Positions 9,561 through 20,121 of a DNA stretch of 64,000 nucleotides are shown piece after piece; within the stretch, counting starts at the first letter, position 1; every line of letters begins with the position of its first letter. This DNA is from a virus. Where the stretch lies: positions 32,001-96,000 of IMG/VR virus record IMGVR_UViG_3300025121_000023. One strand, written 5' to 3'. A program made the position numbers and the translations under genes. The notes beneath the pieces are model-generated. The model ran no database searches. It had not been told where the DNA came from and saw only the letters and a program-made list of their open reading frames with translations.

Positions 9561-10060
9561 TATAAATTATCTATTTGATTTTGTATATTTTTTAATTTTT
9601 CTATAAATTCATTTAATACGTCATATATTAGTTGATATGCATCTTTATTAACTTTCATTAATTCTTTAACTTTTTCTATTTCTTTATATTTTGCTTCTAA
9701 TGAAGTGTGTATATAAAGTCCTAAATCGTTTTTTCTTTTTCTGTTTTGAAATTTAGTATTATAGAAATGTTTACAATATTCTAAACAATTACTTGGTAAA
9801 ATAAATTCATTAAACTTATGTCCAAGATATAATCTACTACAAAAATCAGAATGACTATTTGATGTTATTTGCGTTCCTTCTTGTTCAAGAAGATTATATT
9901 TTTCTTTTAATTTTAAAAATTTAACACTATAATTTTGTTGTCTATTATAAGCAAGTCCAACATGTATTTCTTTAACAGGATAAGGAGTATAATTAGAAAG
10001 TTTGTATATGACATAAACTTTATCAGTTATTCTATAAAAATATAATGGTTTGGTTCTCAT
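9560..10060 (-). CDS. hypothetical protein
   Basis: 166-aa ORF in operon. Confidence 0.6.
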   Translation of the reverse strand: MRTKPLYFYRITDKVYVIYKLSNYTPYPVKEIHVGLAYNRQQNYSVKFLKLKEKYNLLEQEGTQITSNSHSDFCSRLYLGHKFNEFILPSNCLEYCKHFYNTKFQNRKRKNDLGLYIHTSLEAKYKEIEKVKELMKVNKDAYQLIYDVLNEFIEKLKNIQNQIDNL

Positions 10061-10073
10061 AATTTAAATATTT

Positions 10074-10346
10074 TTATTGTGATTGTCTTATTTCGGTTTG
10101 AAAAATAGTTTCTAATTCTGGTACAGGTGCGCCGTTATTTAACATTCCATTATCGTCACCCCATCCCATCGGCTTACTATAATATTCCAACGGTCCGCCA
10201 ATTCTATGATCATCTGGATAAGTATTCCAACTAATTGTATGAAAATCTGTATACATAATACATTCTTTTCTTATATAATCTATTCCATTATGATTGATTA
10301 TATCAATCCATTCTGTTTTGAAATATTCTATACCGTTTCTTATCAT
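10074..10346 (-). CDS. hypothetical protein
   Basis: ORF in operon. Confidence 0.55.
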   Translation of the reverse strand: MIRNGIEYFKTEWIDIINHNGIDYIRKECIMYTDFHTISWNTYPDDHRIGGPLEYYSKPMGWGDDNGMLNNGAPVPELETIFQTEIRQSQ

Positions 10347-10348
10347 AA

Positions 10349-10651
10349 TTATATAGTTTCTAGTTCTTGTAATTGTTTATTAAATTCATAATATTTATCA
10401 ATTGCTTCTTTAGATTGAATAATAGATACTGTTAAAAATCCTTTTTTAATTCCACCTATTCCAAAATACTTTAATCTTGGAATTTCCCAATATCCTTCTG
10501 CGCCAACTGGAATATAACTATTTCTTACAATTTCAAATCCTCTATATTCAATAACTCTGTCATAAGCTTTAATTTCAGTACGTCTTGAACCTTCGTAACG
10601 ATCAAAATCTTTAAGTTTTTCTATGTTTTTAAGATCAAATCTTTTTATCAT
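10349..10651 (-). CDS. hypothetical protein
   Basis: ORF downstream of a TAnnTTTG element. Confidence 0.6.
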   Translation of the reverse strand: MIKRFDLKNIEKLKDFDRYEGSRRTEIKAYDRVIEYRGFEIVRNSYIPVGAEGYWEIPRLKYFGIGGIKKGFLTVSIIQSKEAIDKYYEFNKQLQELETI

Positions 10652-10683
10652 ATCTGTATAATTTGATACAAAGATACGAAAAA

Positions 10684-10893
10684 TTATTTATTTGACAAAA
10701 TTTTAATTTTTTTAGTTCTTAAACATTGTGAACAATATAAATAATTTTTTTCTGTTATATACCAACCATCAGGTATTGGAATAGAATTATTAAATATATC
10801 TATTTCACTAATATGTTTAAAATCAGCAAAATTTTCAAATAAAACAATAATATTACAATTATCACATACAACTGATCTTAAATTAAATCCCAT
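10684..10893 (-). CDS. small Zn-finger protein
   Basis: CDNC...GW...CSQC, basic RxxKIxxL tail. Confidence 0.6.
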   Translation of the reverse strand: MGFNLRSVVCDNCNIIVLFENFADFKHISEIDIFNNSIPIPDGWYITEKNYLYCSQCLRTKKIKILSNK

Positions 10894-11203
10894 TGTTATT
10901 AATATTTTTAATTACATGATTTAATTTTTTTCTTCTAAAATATTCATCACTATAAATATATATATTGAATGTTTTACCATCTTCTATTTCTATAAAGTCT
11001 GATATATATAAATTAAATTTTTTAAATAGCTCTACCTTGAATGCATCAAATTTTAATAAATCCATAGAATTACCTAAAATAAATACTGATATACATCTAA
11101 ATTCAGTATCTGTTATAAAATGAGTTTTAACAATATATTTAGTTTTTTCAATATGATCATTTATTAATTTATTTATATCATATATAATATATTCTATATC
11201 CAT
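10883..11203 (-). CDS. hypothetical protein
   Basis: ORF with RRKKLNHV tail. Confidence 0.55.
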   Translation of the reverse strand: MDIEYIIYDINKLINDHIEKTKYIVKTHFITDTEFRCISVFILGNSMDLLKFDAFKVELFKKFNLYISDFIEIEDGKTFNIYIYSDEYFRRKKLNHVIKNINNNGI

Positions 11204-11206
11204 AAA

Positions 11207-11743
11207 TTATTCAAATTTAATATATTCAGAAGGAATATAATCAGTTAACCAAACTTTATTTTCTGAAATGTAAAACTTATAACCGTCTTGATACATTTTT
11301 TCAGTATCAATAATTAATATAATAGGTTCTTCATTTTTAGAATGTCTTAAACCAACATTACGTGCTGTAGATTTATTATCAGACAAATGAATATATTTTC
11401 TACTCATCTTCTTTAATCCTTTAAGATAAATGTCTTTAATATTTTCTTTTTTTGTACCATGAAATAAAATTTTTGGAGGAATAGATTCCGGAAAATCTAT
11501 ATTAACAAATTCTAAAGAATGTCCTTGATTCGCTCTTATTTTTGAACCATCTTCGTTATAAACAAATCTTTGTTTATCATTCGTTAAAACTATTTCATTT
11601 AATGTTAATTTATCTATTTTTAATTTAATTAGTAATGTTTTTACATCAACCCAACCCTGGGCATCCATTTCTAAATTTTCGTTATTGTGTCGTAATAAGT
11701 AAGATATCTTTCTTCCTATATTTAATAAATTTTGTTCTTTCAT
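11207..11743 (-). CDS. kptA: RNA 2'-phosphotransferase (Tpt1/KptA)
   Basis: LLRH, DKQRF, IRANQGHS, FHGT, YIHLS, N.VWL. Confidence 0.94.
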   Translation of the reverse strand: MKEQNLLNIGRKISYLLRHNNENLEMDAQGWVDVKTLLIKLKIDKLTLNEIVLTNDKQRFVYNEDGSKIRANQGHSLEFVNIDFPESIPPKILFHGTKKENIKDIYLKGLKKMSRKYIHLSDNKSTARNVGLRHSKNEEPIILIIDTEKMYQDGYKFYISENKVWLTDYIPSEYIKFE

Positions 11744-11756
11744 AATGCAAATTTAA

Positions 11757-12416
11757 TTAAAATTTTTCTAATTCAACTTTGAAATCTTTTATATTCAGGT
11801 TGTTATTTGAATTGTCATATGTTTCTTCATCTAATATTTCTGTCCATTCTGAACCTAAATTTTTTATTCTTTGTATAACTCTTTTGGAATCATACATTAT
11901 TCCATTTGGGTAAATTTTATATTTTTTGTTTTGGCAATGTATAATAGAATTAGGTTTACTTTCATATAAATTTTTACCGTTAAAAAATACTCCACTCGAT
12001 GATAAATCTACATTTACTAATAAATTAAAAAATGCTTTAATCATTCTATCTTGTCTTAGTTTTTCATCTTTACAAAATGGTATATATGGTGTTATAAGTT
12101 GAACAATGTGACTATTTTTATTAATATAATTTAAAGGTTGAAAAATAAATTTAATATCTTTATACATTTTATATATATGTGGATTAAAAAAAGGTATTTG
12201 TCTATATCCTTGTCTTTCAAGAATAATCATAGCAGCTTTTTTAGATTGTGGTAAACATAATATATCAACATCATTTATTTTATAAGGTTGTCCAGAAATA
12301 ATATCTCTTAATGCACCACCAAATACTACTAAATAATCGGTACAAAAAAATAAATAAGAACTATTAAATTCTAAATATTCATCTAAATTTTTTTGTATAA
12401 ATTCTGTAGTTATCAT
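11757..12416 (-). CDS. nucleotidyltransferase (CCA/poly(A) polymerase head-like)
   Basis: VFGGALRD...NDVDI motif. Confidence 0.65.
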   Translation of the reverse strand: MITTEFIQKNLDEYLEFNSSYLFFCTDYLVVFGGALRDIISGQPYKINDVDILCLPQSKKAAMIILERQGYRQIPFFNPHIYKMYKDIKFIFQPLNYINKNSHIVQLITPYIPFCKDEKLRQDRMIKAFFNLLVNVDLSSSGVFFNGKNLYESKPNSIIHCQNKKYKIYPNGIMYDSKRVIQRIKNLGSEWTEILDEETYDNSNNNLNIKDFKVELEKF

Positions 12417-12886
12417 TTATTTATTAATTTATCAATTTTTAATCTTCGTAAATAACCTGACATAAAGTCATCTTTATTAATGATATTATCATCTATATGA
12501 ATTATACATTCCATCTTAGGTTTACAAATATTTATGTATCCTGTTCCTAATTTACAAGCATCGTAATAATCTCTATCGTCTATTAGTTTTTCTTTATTAG
12601 GGCAATTTTTTTTACAAAATTCTTCTAATTTATATTTTTCTTGTCTTTTAATATGTAAAACTTTGGATTCTCGATGTGTTATATTCAATGATATATCAGT
12701 ACATTGAATATTTTTAACAACTATATCATTTTCGATATCTTTCATTATATAACCATAACCATCTTCTCCATCAATTATAAATAAATGACCTTTTGTAAAT
12801 ATACCGTAAGATATTCCAATATCTTTTAATAATATTACAACATCATTTTTTTTATATGTATTTAGATAATCATTAGGAATAAACAT
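12413..12886 (-). CDS. hypothetical Cys-containing protein
   Basis: ORF with LRRLKIDKL tail. Confidence 0.6.
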   Translation of the reverse strand: MFIPNDYLNTYKKNDVVILLKDIGISYGIFTKGHLFIIDGEDGYGYIMKDIENDIVVKNIQCTDISLNITHRESKVLHIKRQEKYKLEEFCKKNCPNKEKLIDDRDYYDACKLGTGYINICKPKMECIIHIDDNIINKDDFMSGYLRRLKIDKLINK

Positions 12887-13296
12887 TATTTTAAATTTTT
12901 AATAATTATATTTATTTTCTTTTTGCGTAAATAATTAAGTTTAAATTTCTGATAATCTTTAGGTTTAGGTGTTCCCCAAAAATGACCATCTTCTTCAAAT
13001 ATAATTTTATCAATATTAAATTTAACTTCATTTTCTAAAAAAGCTTTCATATCAAAATTATCCATAAATGTATATAAATGTAGTGAAATTTCATCTTCAA
13101 TTACATTCCAATCTTCATAGTATTCATATAAAAATACATCAAAATCTTTACTATTTTTTATAGATTCTTTATCAACTTTTTTAGCAATTTCAATATGATT
13201 TTTAATCATATCTATTTGTAAATCAGTTAAATATTCTTTTAAAATAATAAAACTACTTGAACTACTATTACTTACAAATCCACTTCTAATTTTCAT
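12886..13296 (-). CDS. MKIRxGFVSNSSSSSF-family phage protein
   Basis: Characteristic N-terminus. Confidence 0.7.
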   Translation of the reverse strand: MKIRSGFVSNSSSSSFIILKEYLTDLQIDMIKNHIEIAKKVDKESIKNSKDFDVFLYEYYEDWNVIEDEISLHLYTFMDNFDMKAFLENEVKFNIDKIIFEEDGHFWGTPKPKDYQKFKLNYLRKKKINIIIKNLK

Positions 13297-13584
13297 TTTT
13301 TTCTTCTATTGTAAAATATTCTTGTATAGAATCATCTTCTAATATCAAATATGATTGCATTGTTAAATAATTCCAGGAAAATTTTTCTGTTTCTCGTTTA
13401 GTATCTTCCATGCAAAGATGTTCATCATCTTCTGTATATTTTAATTTATAATTTATTTTCATATTTTTATATATTTATTTAATGGTTGTTAACTTTTACT
13501 ATAGTTATTTTATCTAATCAATTTGTCTTTTTATTCTTAGTTTAGCTGATTCGGAATTTATTGGTAATAATTTATATTTTATAT

Positions 13585-13824
13585 CTACCATGAAATTGTT
13601 GAACGATATTCATCGTCATCTATTTTGTATCCACGTTCGATAAGAATATTATAAATAGCTGGAAATCGGGATATTAAAATATAAAAACAAGTATATGAAA
13701 AATGACCTTCATCCGCTCTTGATTTAATATTGTTAATTATGGATTTAAAATAGAATTTTTCTAATTTTTTTTGCACAATTGGTTGTTTTTTTTCTGCCAA
13801 TTTTCTTGCTTCTTTTGCATTCAT
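13585..13824 (-). CDS. hypothetical protein
   Basis: MNAKEAR...RGY..ISW small phage-type ORF. Confidence 0.6.
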   Translation of the reverse strand: MNAKEARKLAEKKQPIVQKKLEKFYFKSIINNIKSRADEGHFSYTCFYILISRFPAIYNILIERGYKIDDDEYRSTISW

Positions 13825-14048
13825 TATTCAAAAATTTTATTAGTTAATAATTCGTATGTATCTTTTAAGTCATTAATATCATTTAATGTTTTAATATATT
13901 CAGTATCACCATATACTTCATAAAATGATGAAAGTATACATAATTTTTGATAAAATTTAACTTCATATTCAAAATATCCATCATACCAAGTATTTTCATC
14001 ATATTTAAAAAATGTATTTTGATTATTTAATTCTATTTTTTTTAACAT
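13824..14048 (-). CDS. hypothetical protein
   Basis: ORF in operon. Confidence 0.5.
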   Translation of the reverse strand: MLKKIELNNQNTFFKYDENTWYDGYFEYEVKFYQKLCILSSFYEVYGDTEYIKTLNDINDLKDTYELLTNKIFE

Positions 14049-14084
14049 CGATTTTTTATTTTTTTATTATAGAAATTATTAAAT

Positions 14085-14333
14085 TTACCACCCCAAACAG
14101 TGTTCTTTTCTATTTAAATATTTTGAATATAAATCTAAAATTTCATTTAATTCGTTTTCATCTATGCCTTTGTCTAATAATTTATTTTTGAACATTAAAT
14201 ATTTATATTCTTCAGGATACATAGTTTTTTCAAATTGTTCTCCAGTTGATTTTTCAACAATAACTCTTAAAAACCCATATTTTGTGGGGGTTTTAAGTTC
14301 TTTTTCACCTTCTAATATTTTTATTATTTTCAT
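14085..14333 (-). CDS. hypothetical protein
   Basis: ORF in operon. Confidence 0.55.
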   Translation of the reverse strand: MKIIKILEGEKELKTPTKYGFLRVIVEKSTGEQFEKTMYPEEYKYLMFKNKLLDKGIDENELNEILDLYSKYLNRKEHCLGW

Positions 14334-14539
14334 AAATATAAAATGCTTAATGTTGATATTAATAACGTTAAACTAATTGATAATAATACACTTATTACAA
14401 TAATTTTATCAATTTGTTTATTAAAATAATATTCTGAATTATCTGTTTTAATTTCTTTTTTAATTGTATTTATTGACTTATTGTACAACAATATTGTTAA
14501 TATCATGATTATTATACTTATTGATACTATGAAAATCAT
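14330..14539 (-). CDS. small two-TM membrane protein
   Basis: Two hydrophobic segments. Confidence 0.55.
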   Translation of the reverse strand: MIFIVSISIIIMILTILLYNKSINTIKKEIKTDNSEYYFNKQIDKIIVISVLLSISLTLLISTLSILYL

Positions 14540-14609
14540 AATTTATATTTTTTGGTTAAAATTATCACTTACAAATATAGTAAATAAAAATTATTTTTCA
14601 AAATATTAT

Positions 14610-15887
14610 TCATCTATATTTTTCTTTTAATATTATTTTACCGTTTATTTTTTCGGTTTTTTCTTCTAACTCTGAATTAGGAATCCAACCATGAAAATCA
14701 TCATTCTTATTAATATATGTGCAGTCATCTTTAAGTCTATATTTATCACCATTTCTCCAATCACGTGTTCCAACACTACAATATATAAAATTAGTATCGA
14801 TATCTGATATCCATCTTTTATAAAAATCTGACCATTTAGCATTTGATGTACCACCACCAGCATCATTTAATAATATATCTTCACCATTTTCACCATTTTT
14901 ATAATTAGACAATTTATTTAATGTGTAATTATAATATTTTAATGTATCTAAATACGGGAAATATGTATGTGGTTTTATTCCTATAACTTCTAAACGCGGA
15001 TATTTATCTTTTAAACCTTTTCCACTAATTTCATTTTCTCCTGTACTTTGATGTTTTTTCCAAAACCAATCATTTTGTTTAGCATATTCAATAAATAAAT
15101 CGATTATGTGTGGTTTTTGATAATAAATTCTATCTAAAAAAAATCTTCCATTAAATTGACCACTAAGTTCCCAAACTAATGCCCTAGCTACTATTCTTTC
15201 TCTATTTTCATTTTCAAATAAAATTAATAATCGAACTTTAGGTGAATTTATAGCATAAAATTCTAAGTAATCATTGCAACCATAAGACATACATGACTGA
15301 TTTAATACTGTTTTATTACCGTTAAGTGCATAATGTTTTTGATCATACCACTTTATTATATCTTTACCTGATACTATTTCAAATAAATTATCTGTATTAT
15401 TTAACATTAAAGTATAATTAGATTTATAAAGATTAACAAAAGTTTCAATAGAGTCATATGATCCATTATCTGGGAATCTATCTTTATATAATTTTTTAAC
15501 TAATTTTCCAATTTTCATTTTTGATCTATATTTATCCCATAATTTATTTTTATCATCACGAATAATTTCATAAAAATCTTCGTCATATATTGTTTTAGTT
15601 TTATCTTCATTTTCATAATAATTATTAATATAATCAATTAATTTTGGCGAACTAGTAAAACTAATCATATCATTTTCATCGGTTATATCAATTAAAGTAA
15701 ATGGTTGATTAGAATATGTAGAAATTATCATTCTACTAGCAATTGGATGATCAATACTTTCAATTAAATATCTAAATTTAGCACTAAAAACAAGTTGTAA
15801 ATTTCCTGTATTATTAACCAATAATTCAAATAATTTATCTATGATAAATTCGTTATGTGTTTTTATTAATTTCATTATATTTGTCAA
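14610..15887 (-). CDS. SCM-RALxW-DRIY-PYxD family protein (paralog 1 of 4)
   Basis: HPI, KIGKL, SCM, ARALVW, DRIY, FPYLDT. Confidence 0.75.
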   Translation of the reverse strand: MTNIMKLIKTHNEFIIDKLFELLVNNTGNLQLVFSAKFRYLIESIDHPIASRMIISTYSNQPFTLIDITDENDMISFTSSPKLIDYINNYYENEDKTKTIYDEDFYEIIRDDKNKLWDKYRSKMKIGKLVKKLYKDRFPDNGSYDSIETFVNLYKSNYTLMLNNTDNLFEIVSGKDIIKWYDQKHYALNGNKTVLNQSCMSYGCNDYLEFYAINSPKVRLLILFENENRERIVARALVWELSGQFNGRFFLDRIYYQKPHIIDLFIEYAKQNDWFWKKHQSTGENEISGKGLKDKYPRLEVIGIKPHTYFPYLDTLKYYNYTLNKLSNYKNGENGEDILLNDAGGGTSNAKWSDFYKRWISDIDTNFIYCSVGTRDWRNGDKYRLKDDCTYINKNDDFHGWIPNSELEEKTEKINGKIILKEKYR

Positions 15888-17430
15888 TATCTTCTTTTTT
15901 TACATCATTAAAGTAATAATCACCTTTATATTTATAATAATCATCAGTTGGATCATCCTCATAACTAACTATAAATTTTTGTTTACTATAATCTTTATAG
16001 ATTTTAATATGATTTTTTATATCTACATAAGTAAACAATCTATCTGAATATATACTATCTTCTATTTTAAGCCATTCGTCTGAGAAATTATTATAAACCC
16101 AACCATGATATGGATGTAATCTAACTTTTAATACCCAATCTTTATATTTTTCTATATATTCTGATTCGTTTTTTTGTATCCAAGAATCATGATATTTTGA
16201 TTTAACAAAATATTTATCTATATTATCTTTATGTGTATATCTATGATTAATACTAATATGAACTGCATCTATTTTTTTAATCCATTCATTATTTATAAAA
16301 TCTATAATCCATTCTTTATCAGTCGTTACAAAAACTTGGTTATATCTCTTAGAATATCTTATATTACTTTGACCATATGTATCCCATAATGGTGTATATT
16401 TATTAGATTGTATATGGTTATTATTGTTTGTTAATATCCCGTCATATGGATTATAATTATATAATGTATCTAGAAATGGAAATTGTAATTCATCTGGTTT
16501 AGGGCATTTAATACCTTTAACGACCATTTTAATTTCTACTGATTTATCTTTTTCATAACCATATATAGGACAATCTTCATCACTATTTTGTCTACTTTTA
16601 TGTAAATATCCATTTGATTTAATATATGATAAAAATTTAATTAAATGATTATTTGAATTATAATATATTCTATCTACAAAATATTTATTTTTAACTTGTT
16701 TATCATTTATTTCAGAAAGTTTCCATATTAAAGCTCTACCATCTATTTTACTTTTATCTTTTTCATTATGTAAAATTATCAGTCGTACTGTAGGTGAATT
16801 TATAGCATAAAATTTTAAAAATCCACTACACATAGCTTTATTCATACAAGAATTTGTTAATGGTGTATTTATATCAAAATATGCAATTTGATTTTTATTA
16901 TAATAATGCACAATATCATCACCTTGTACTATTTCGAATAAATCATAATCTTTTGTTAATACAGTGGCATACATGTCCATAAATGATTGTATATCATTAT
17001 CTGGATATCCGTTTGGTTTAAATTCATTAGGAAATAATTTATTTATTAATTTACCTATTTTTATTTTTATTTTATATTTTTTTAATTCATTTTCATAGAA
17101 ATTGATATAGCTTTTAATAGTATAATTATTATAATTATTAATTTTATTAATATCATTGTGTATAATATCTATAATTTTATTAGATGTAATAAAAGATAAT
17201 TTATCTTTTTCGTCATAAATAACATCTAACATCGTTTCTTTTTTATATTCTTCTTCTTTTGATGTTTTTAATAATTTATATGCAATTGGATGTATTATTT
17301 CTTTTAAAATTGCTTTTAAATTATCTGATAAATAAAAAGGTAAAGCACCATCTTTTATTGATAAATCATCAGAATAATATTCTAATATTTTATCTATTCT
17401 ATAATCATCAAAATATTTTATTATTTTCAT
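15853..17430 (-). CDS. SCM-RALxW-DRIY family protein (paralog 2 of 4)
   Basis: HPI, KIGKL, NSCM, GRALIW, DRIY, FPFLDT. Confidence 0.75.
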   Translation of the reverse strand: MKIIKYFDDYRIDKILEYYSDDLSIKDGALPFYLSDNLKAILKEIIHPIAYKLLKTSKEEEYKKETMLDVIYDEKDKLSFITSNKIIDIIHNDINKINNYNNYTIKSYINFYENELKKYKIKIKIGKLINKLFPNEFKPNGYPDNDIQSFMDMYATVLTKDYDLFEIVQGDDIVHYYNKNQIAYFDINTPLTNSCMNKAMCSGFLKFYAINSPTVRLIILHNEKDKSKIDGRALIWKLSEINDKQVKNKYFVDRIYYNSNNHLIKFLSYIKSNGYLHKSRQNSDEDCPIYGYEKDKSVEIKMVVKGIKCPKPDELQFPFLDTLYNYNPYDGILTNNNNHIQSNKYTPLWDTYGQSNIRYSKRYNQVFVTTDKEWIIDFINNEWIKKIDAVHISINHRYTHKDNIDKYFVKSKYHDSWIQKNESEYIEKYKDWVLKVRLHPYHGWVYNNFSDEWLKIEDSIYSDRLFTYVDIKNHIKIYKDYSKQKFIVSYEDDPTDDYYKYKGDYYFNDVKKEDIDKYNEINKNT

Positions 17431-17468
17431 TAATGAAATTCATTTTTTTTTATATTATAAATTATTTT

Positions 17469-18905
17469 TTAGTCACTTGTTTTTACTCTTGGTACCATTT
17501 GTTTTGCAACTTCTGCACCTAATAAATCATATAATATTGATGTTTCGTTTGCTTGTCCTTTTTTACCTTCTCCACCAGCTTGATTAATAAATACTTCTGG
17601 CCATTTTGTATTTGCTAAGTTTTTAGAAACAGCATTTTGAATATCAAATGTCCATTTCATTTTTTCTTGAGGTGTTAAACCAGCACTTACAAGTTTTTGA
17701 TTTTCATAAGCTTGTGCGTCAGCAGCAACTTTTTTAGATTTTGCATCAATAACTGCTTTATCAAATAGTGTTTTTGATTCAGTTAAAGCGAATATGGCAA
17801 CTTTAGCATTTGTTTCCGCAGTAATAGTTTTTTCTATTTGTAGTTTTTCTAATCTAGCTTGTTCTCCTGCTTTATTAGCTTCACCTTCTTCATATAAACG
17901 TTTTCTATTATATACCGCTTTTTCTGCCATTTGTTTTTCTAATTGTGTAGCAGCAACTTGCTCTTTTTGTTTATCTAAACGTTCATCAAATTTATCTTCC
18001 CAATCAATTTTATTAACAACGGCAAGAATAACTTTTAATCCATATACATCTCTTAATGATTCACCAGTTCTAACAGGTTCTAAAACTCCTTGTGAATTTT
18101 TAGCATATTTAATTTTATATTTTTTTCTTTCTCCGTTAGAATTATCATTTACTGTTCGTGTTTTACCAAGTTTACCAATAGTATCAGCATCTTGATGATT
18201 TGACACTTCTTCTAATTCATACATACCATTTTCTAATTGATCTGCAAATGCTCTATCAAATTCAGCAGAAGCACCAGCAATATAATCTTGAGCTGACATA
18301 AGTTTAGCAGTATTTTTTAAAACAGCATCTCTAAATGGTATAATACGAGAATATACAAGATTACGTTCAGAACGATTATCTGTTGCAACTTTTAAGAATT
18401 TAGATTCGTGTTCAATGTTTATACTAATAACAACTGTATTAGCTACATCACCTTTTACAGCATCATTAAATTCTCGTTCAGTAGATTTAACAATATAAGT
18501 ATATTCTGATTCTTGTTTTATTTCTGTTTCAGGTAAAACATCTTTAATAGATATTTGATGTGAAATATCAATCAATCTACCCCACCATTTTGTTTTAATA
18601 CCTTGTGACATAACAGGTTTAGCAGTACCCCATAAGTATTGAACAGCATAAGCTTTTCCAGGTTGTGCATAAAAGAAAGCACCAGGTATTGCTAGAACAA
18701 ACAATCCAATTAGAAATATACCTAGTGATTTTTTCCAAGTAAAATTTAACAAAAAATCAGGAGATTTGCGAGCTACTAATTTATTAATCATTTGATTGTT
18801 TCTACCTAAAGATTGTTGTACAACATCTTCTCGATGTAAAAAGGGTTTCATAACTAATGTTGCAATAGATAAAAGCAACAAAATAATTCCAATAAGTGTA
18901 ATCAT
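17469..18905 (-). CDS. SPFH/band-7-like membrane protein
   Basis: Two N-terminal TM segments, SPFH-like core, Ala/Glu-rich coiled coil. Confidence 0.7.
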   Translation of the reverse strand: MITLIGIILLLLSIATLVMKPFLHREDVVQQSLGRNNQMINKLVARKSPDFLLNFTWKKSLGIFLIGLFVLAIPGAFFYAQPGKAYAVQYLWGTAKPVMSQGIKTKWWGRLIDISHQISIKDVLPETEIKQESEYTYIVKSTEREFNDAVKGDVANTVVISINIEHESKFLKVATDNRSERNLVYSRIIPFRDAVLKNTAKLMSAQDYIAGASAEFDRAFADQLENGMYELEEVSNHQDADTIGKLGKTRTVNDNSNGERKKYKIKYAKNSQGVLEPVRTGESLRDVYGLKVILAVVNKIDWEDKFDERLDKQKEQVAATQLEKQMAEKAVYNRKRLYEEGEANKAGEQARLEKLQIEKTITAETNAKVAIFALTESKTLFDKAVIDAKSKKVAADAQAYENQKLVSAGLTPQEKMKWTFDIQNAVSKNLANTKWPEVFINQAGGEGKKGQANETSILYDLLGAEVAKQMVPRVKTSD

Positions 18906-19014
18906 AATTTTTATTTGTTTTTAATTAATACTAATTTAATGTTTTTTATTTTATAATTTAATAGATATTAATCTATTAAGGAGAATCTTTATTTCTATAT
19001 TTTTTCGGCATATA

Positions 19015-19377
19015 TTAATGTTTAAATTTATTAAAATTGGCAATTCTTTGTATTTGTTCACCAGTAAAACCAGCTTTTACTAATGCTTTTCTAAATGGTT
19101 TCCATACATTTTGTATTTGTGGTTCACCATTAGAAAAACCAGTATAATCAAATGTTCCCCATCGTTGAACTACAGCTTTAGTTCTTCTGACTAATTTTTC
19201 ATTATCCTGAATTAATTTAGCCATTGATGTAGCACTTGATTCAAATGGTGATCCATTTCCAAAAGAAGTACTTTTTTGCCAAGCTAACCCTTCAGCTCTT
19301 TCAATATCTTTATTAGTTGGCACCAAAATATCAACATCTATATCACAAGCTTTAAGCTTTACTTTTGTTGTAGACAT
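19015..19377 (-). CDS. hypothetical protein
   Basis: ORF; AKLIxDxxK motif resembles 22534..23193. Confidence 0.6.
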   Translation of the reverse strand: MSTTKVKLKACDIDVDILVPTNKDIERAEGLAWQKSTSFGNGSPFESSATSMAKLIQDNEKLVRRTKAVVQRWGTFDYTGFSNGEPQIQNVWKPFRKALVKAGFTGEQIQRIANFNKFKH

Positions 19378-19381
19378 AATT

Positions 19382-19662
19382 TTAATATTTAAGTTGTTCT
19401 ATTTTCTTTTGAATATGTTTTATTTTTTTTGCTTTATTTCTATAAAAATCAGATACATATTGTTTATAAAACCTTTGTTCATCTGAATTATTTGATATAG
19501 CTAAATAAGATATATGATTAGGTATTTCCTCATCTTGTGTATTATAAAGTTGTTTTTTATAATACTTTATTGATTTACGTAATCTCCAATAACGTTTTGT
19601 AAATACTTTATTGATTTACGTAATCTCCAATAACGTTTTGTAAATATTCTAAATATTTTCAT
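19382..19662 (-). pseudogene. small gene frameshifted by a 41-bp tandem duplication
   Basis: Exact 41-bp repeat at 19561-19601/19602-19642; removing one copy restores a 79-aa ORF MKIFRIF...KKIEQLKY. Confidence 0.6.
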
Positions 19663-19665
19663 TTT

Positions 19666-20076
19666 TTATAAATTTCCAATTATCCATTCATCACCAATCA
19701 TTTCTAAACATGATTCTCTATCATCATTAAACCCATGCCAATTATTTGCCCATTCTTTTAATGATAGATATAATTTTTTTAAATAATCATATCTATCATC
19801 ATCATTTTTAAATTTTTTTTCTACTTCACTTCCCATATTATCAAAAGTAGGAATATAAAAATAATCTACTCTATTAATAATACTTCCAGATACATAGAAT
19901 TTACTTACAGCAATATTTAACCTTTCTTTCGATGTGTATTTTTCTTCATAATTACTATCAAAATCATATTCAAATCTTTTATCTTTTTCTATAAATTTAA
20001 TTTTAATTAAATTTACAACATCTCCGTTATTGATTATATTAAGTAATCTTATTTTTAATTTTAATTTTATTTTCAT
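19666..20076 (-). CDS. hypothetical protein, family with 8129 and 8517
   Basis: IKIKF, FKNDDDRYDYLKKL. Confidence 0.6.
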   Translation of the reverse strand: MKIKLKLKIRLLNIINNGDVVNLIKIKFIEKDKRFEYDFDSNYEEKYTSKERLNIAVSKFYVSGSIINRVDYFYIPTFDNMGSEVEKKFKNDDDRYDYLKKLYLSLKEWANNWHGFNDDRESCLEMIGDEWIIGNL

Positions 20077-20121
20077 AATAGTTTGTAAATGTATAAATTA
20101 TTTTTTATATTTCCTAATTTA

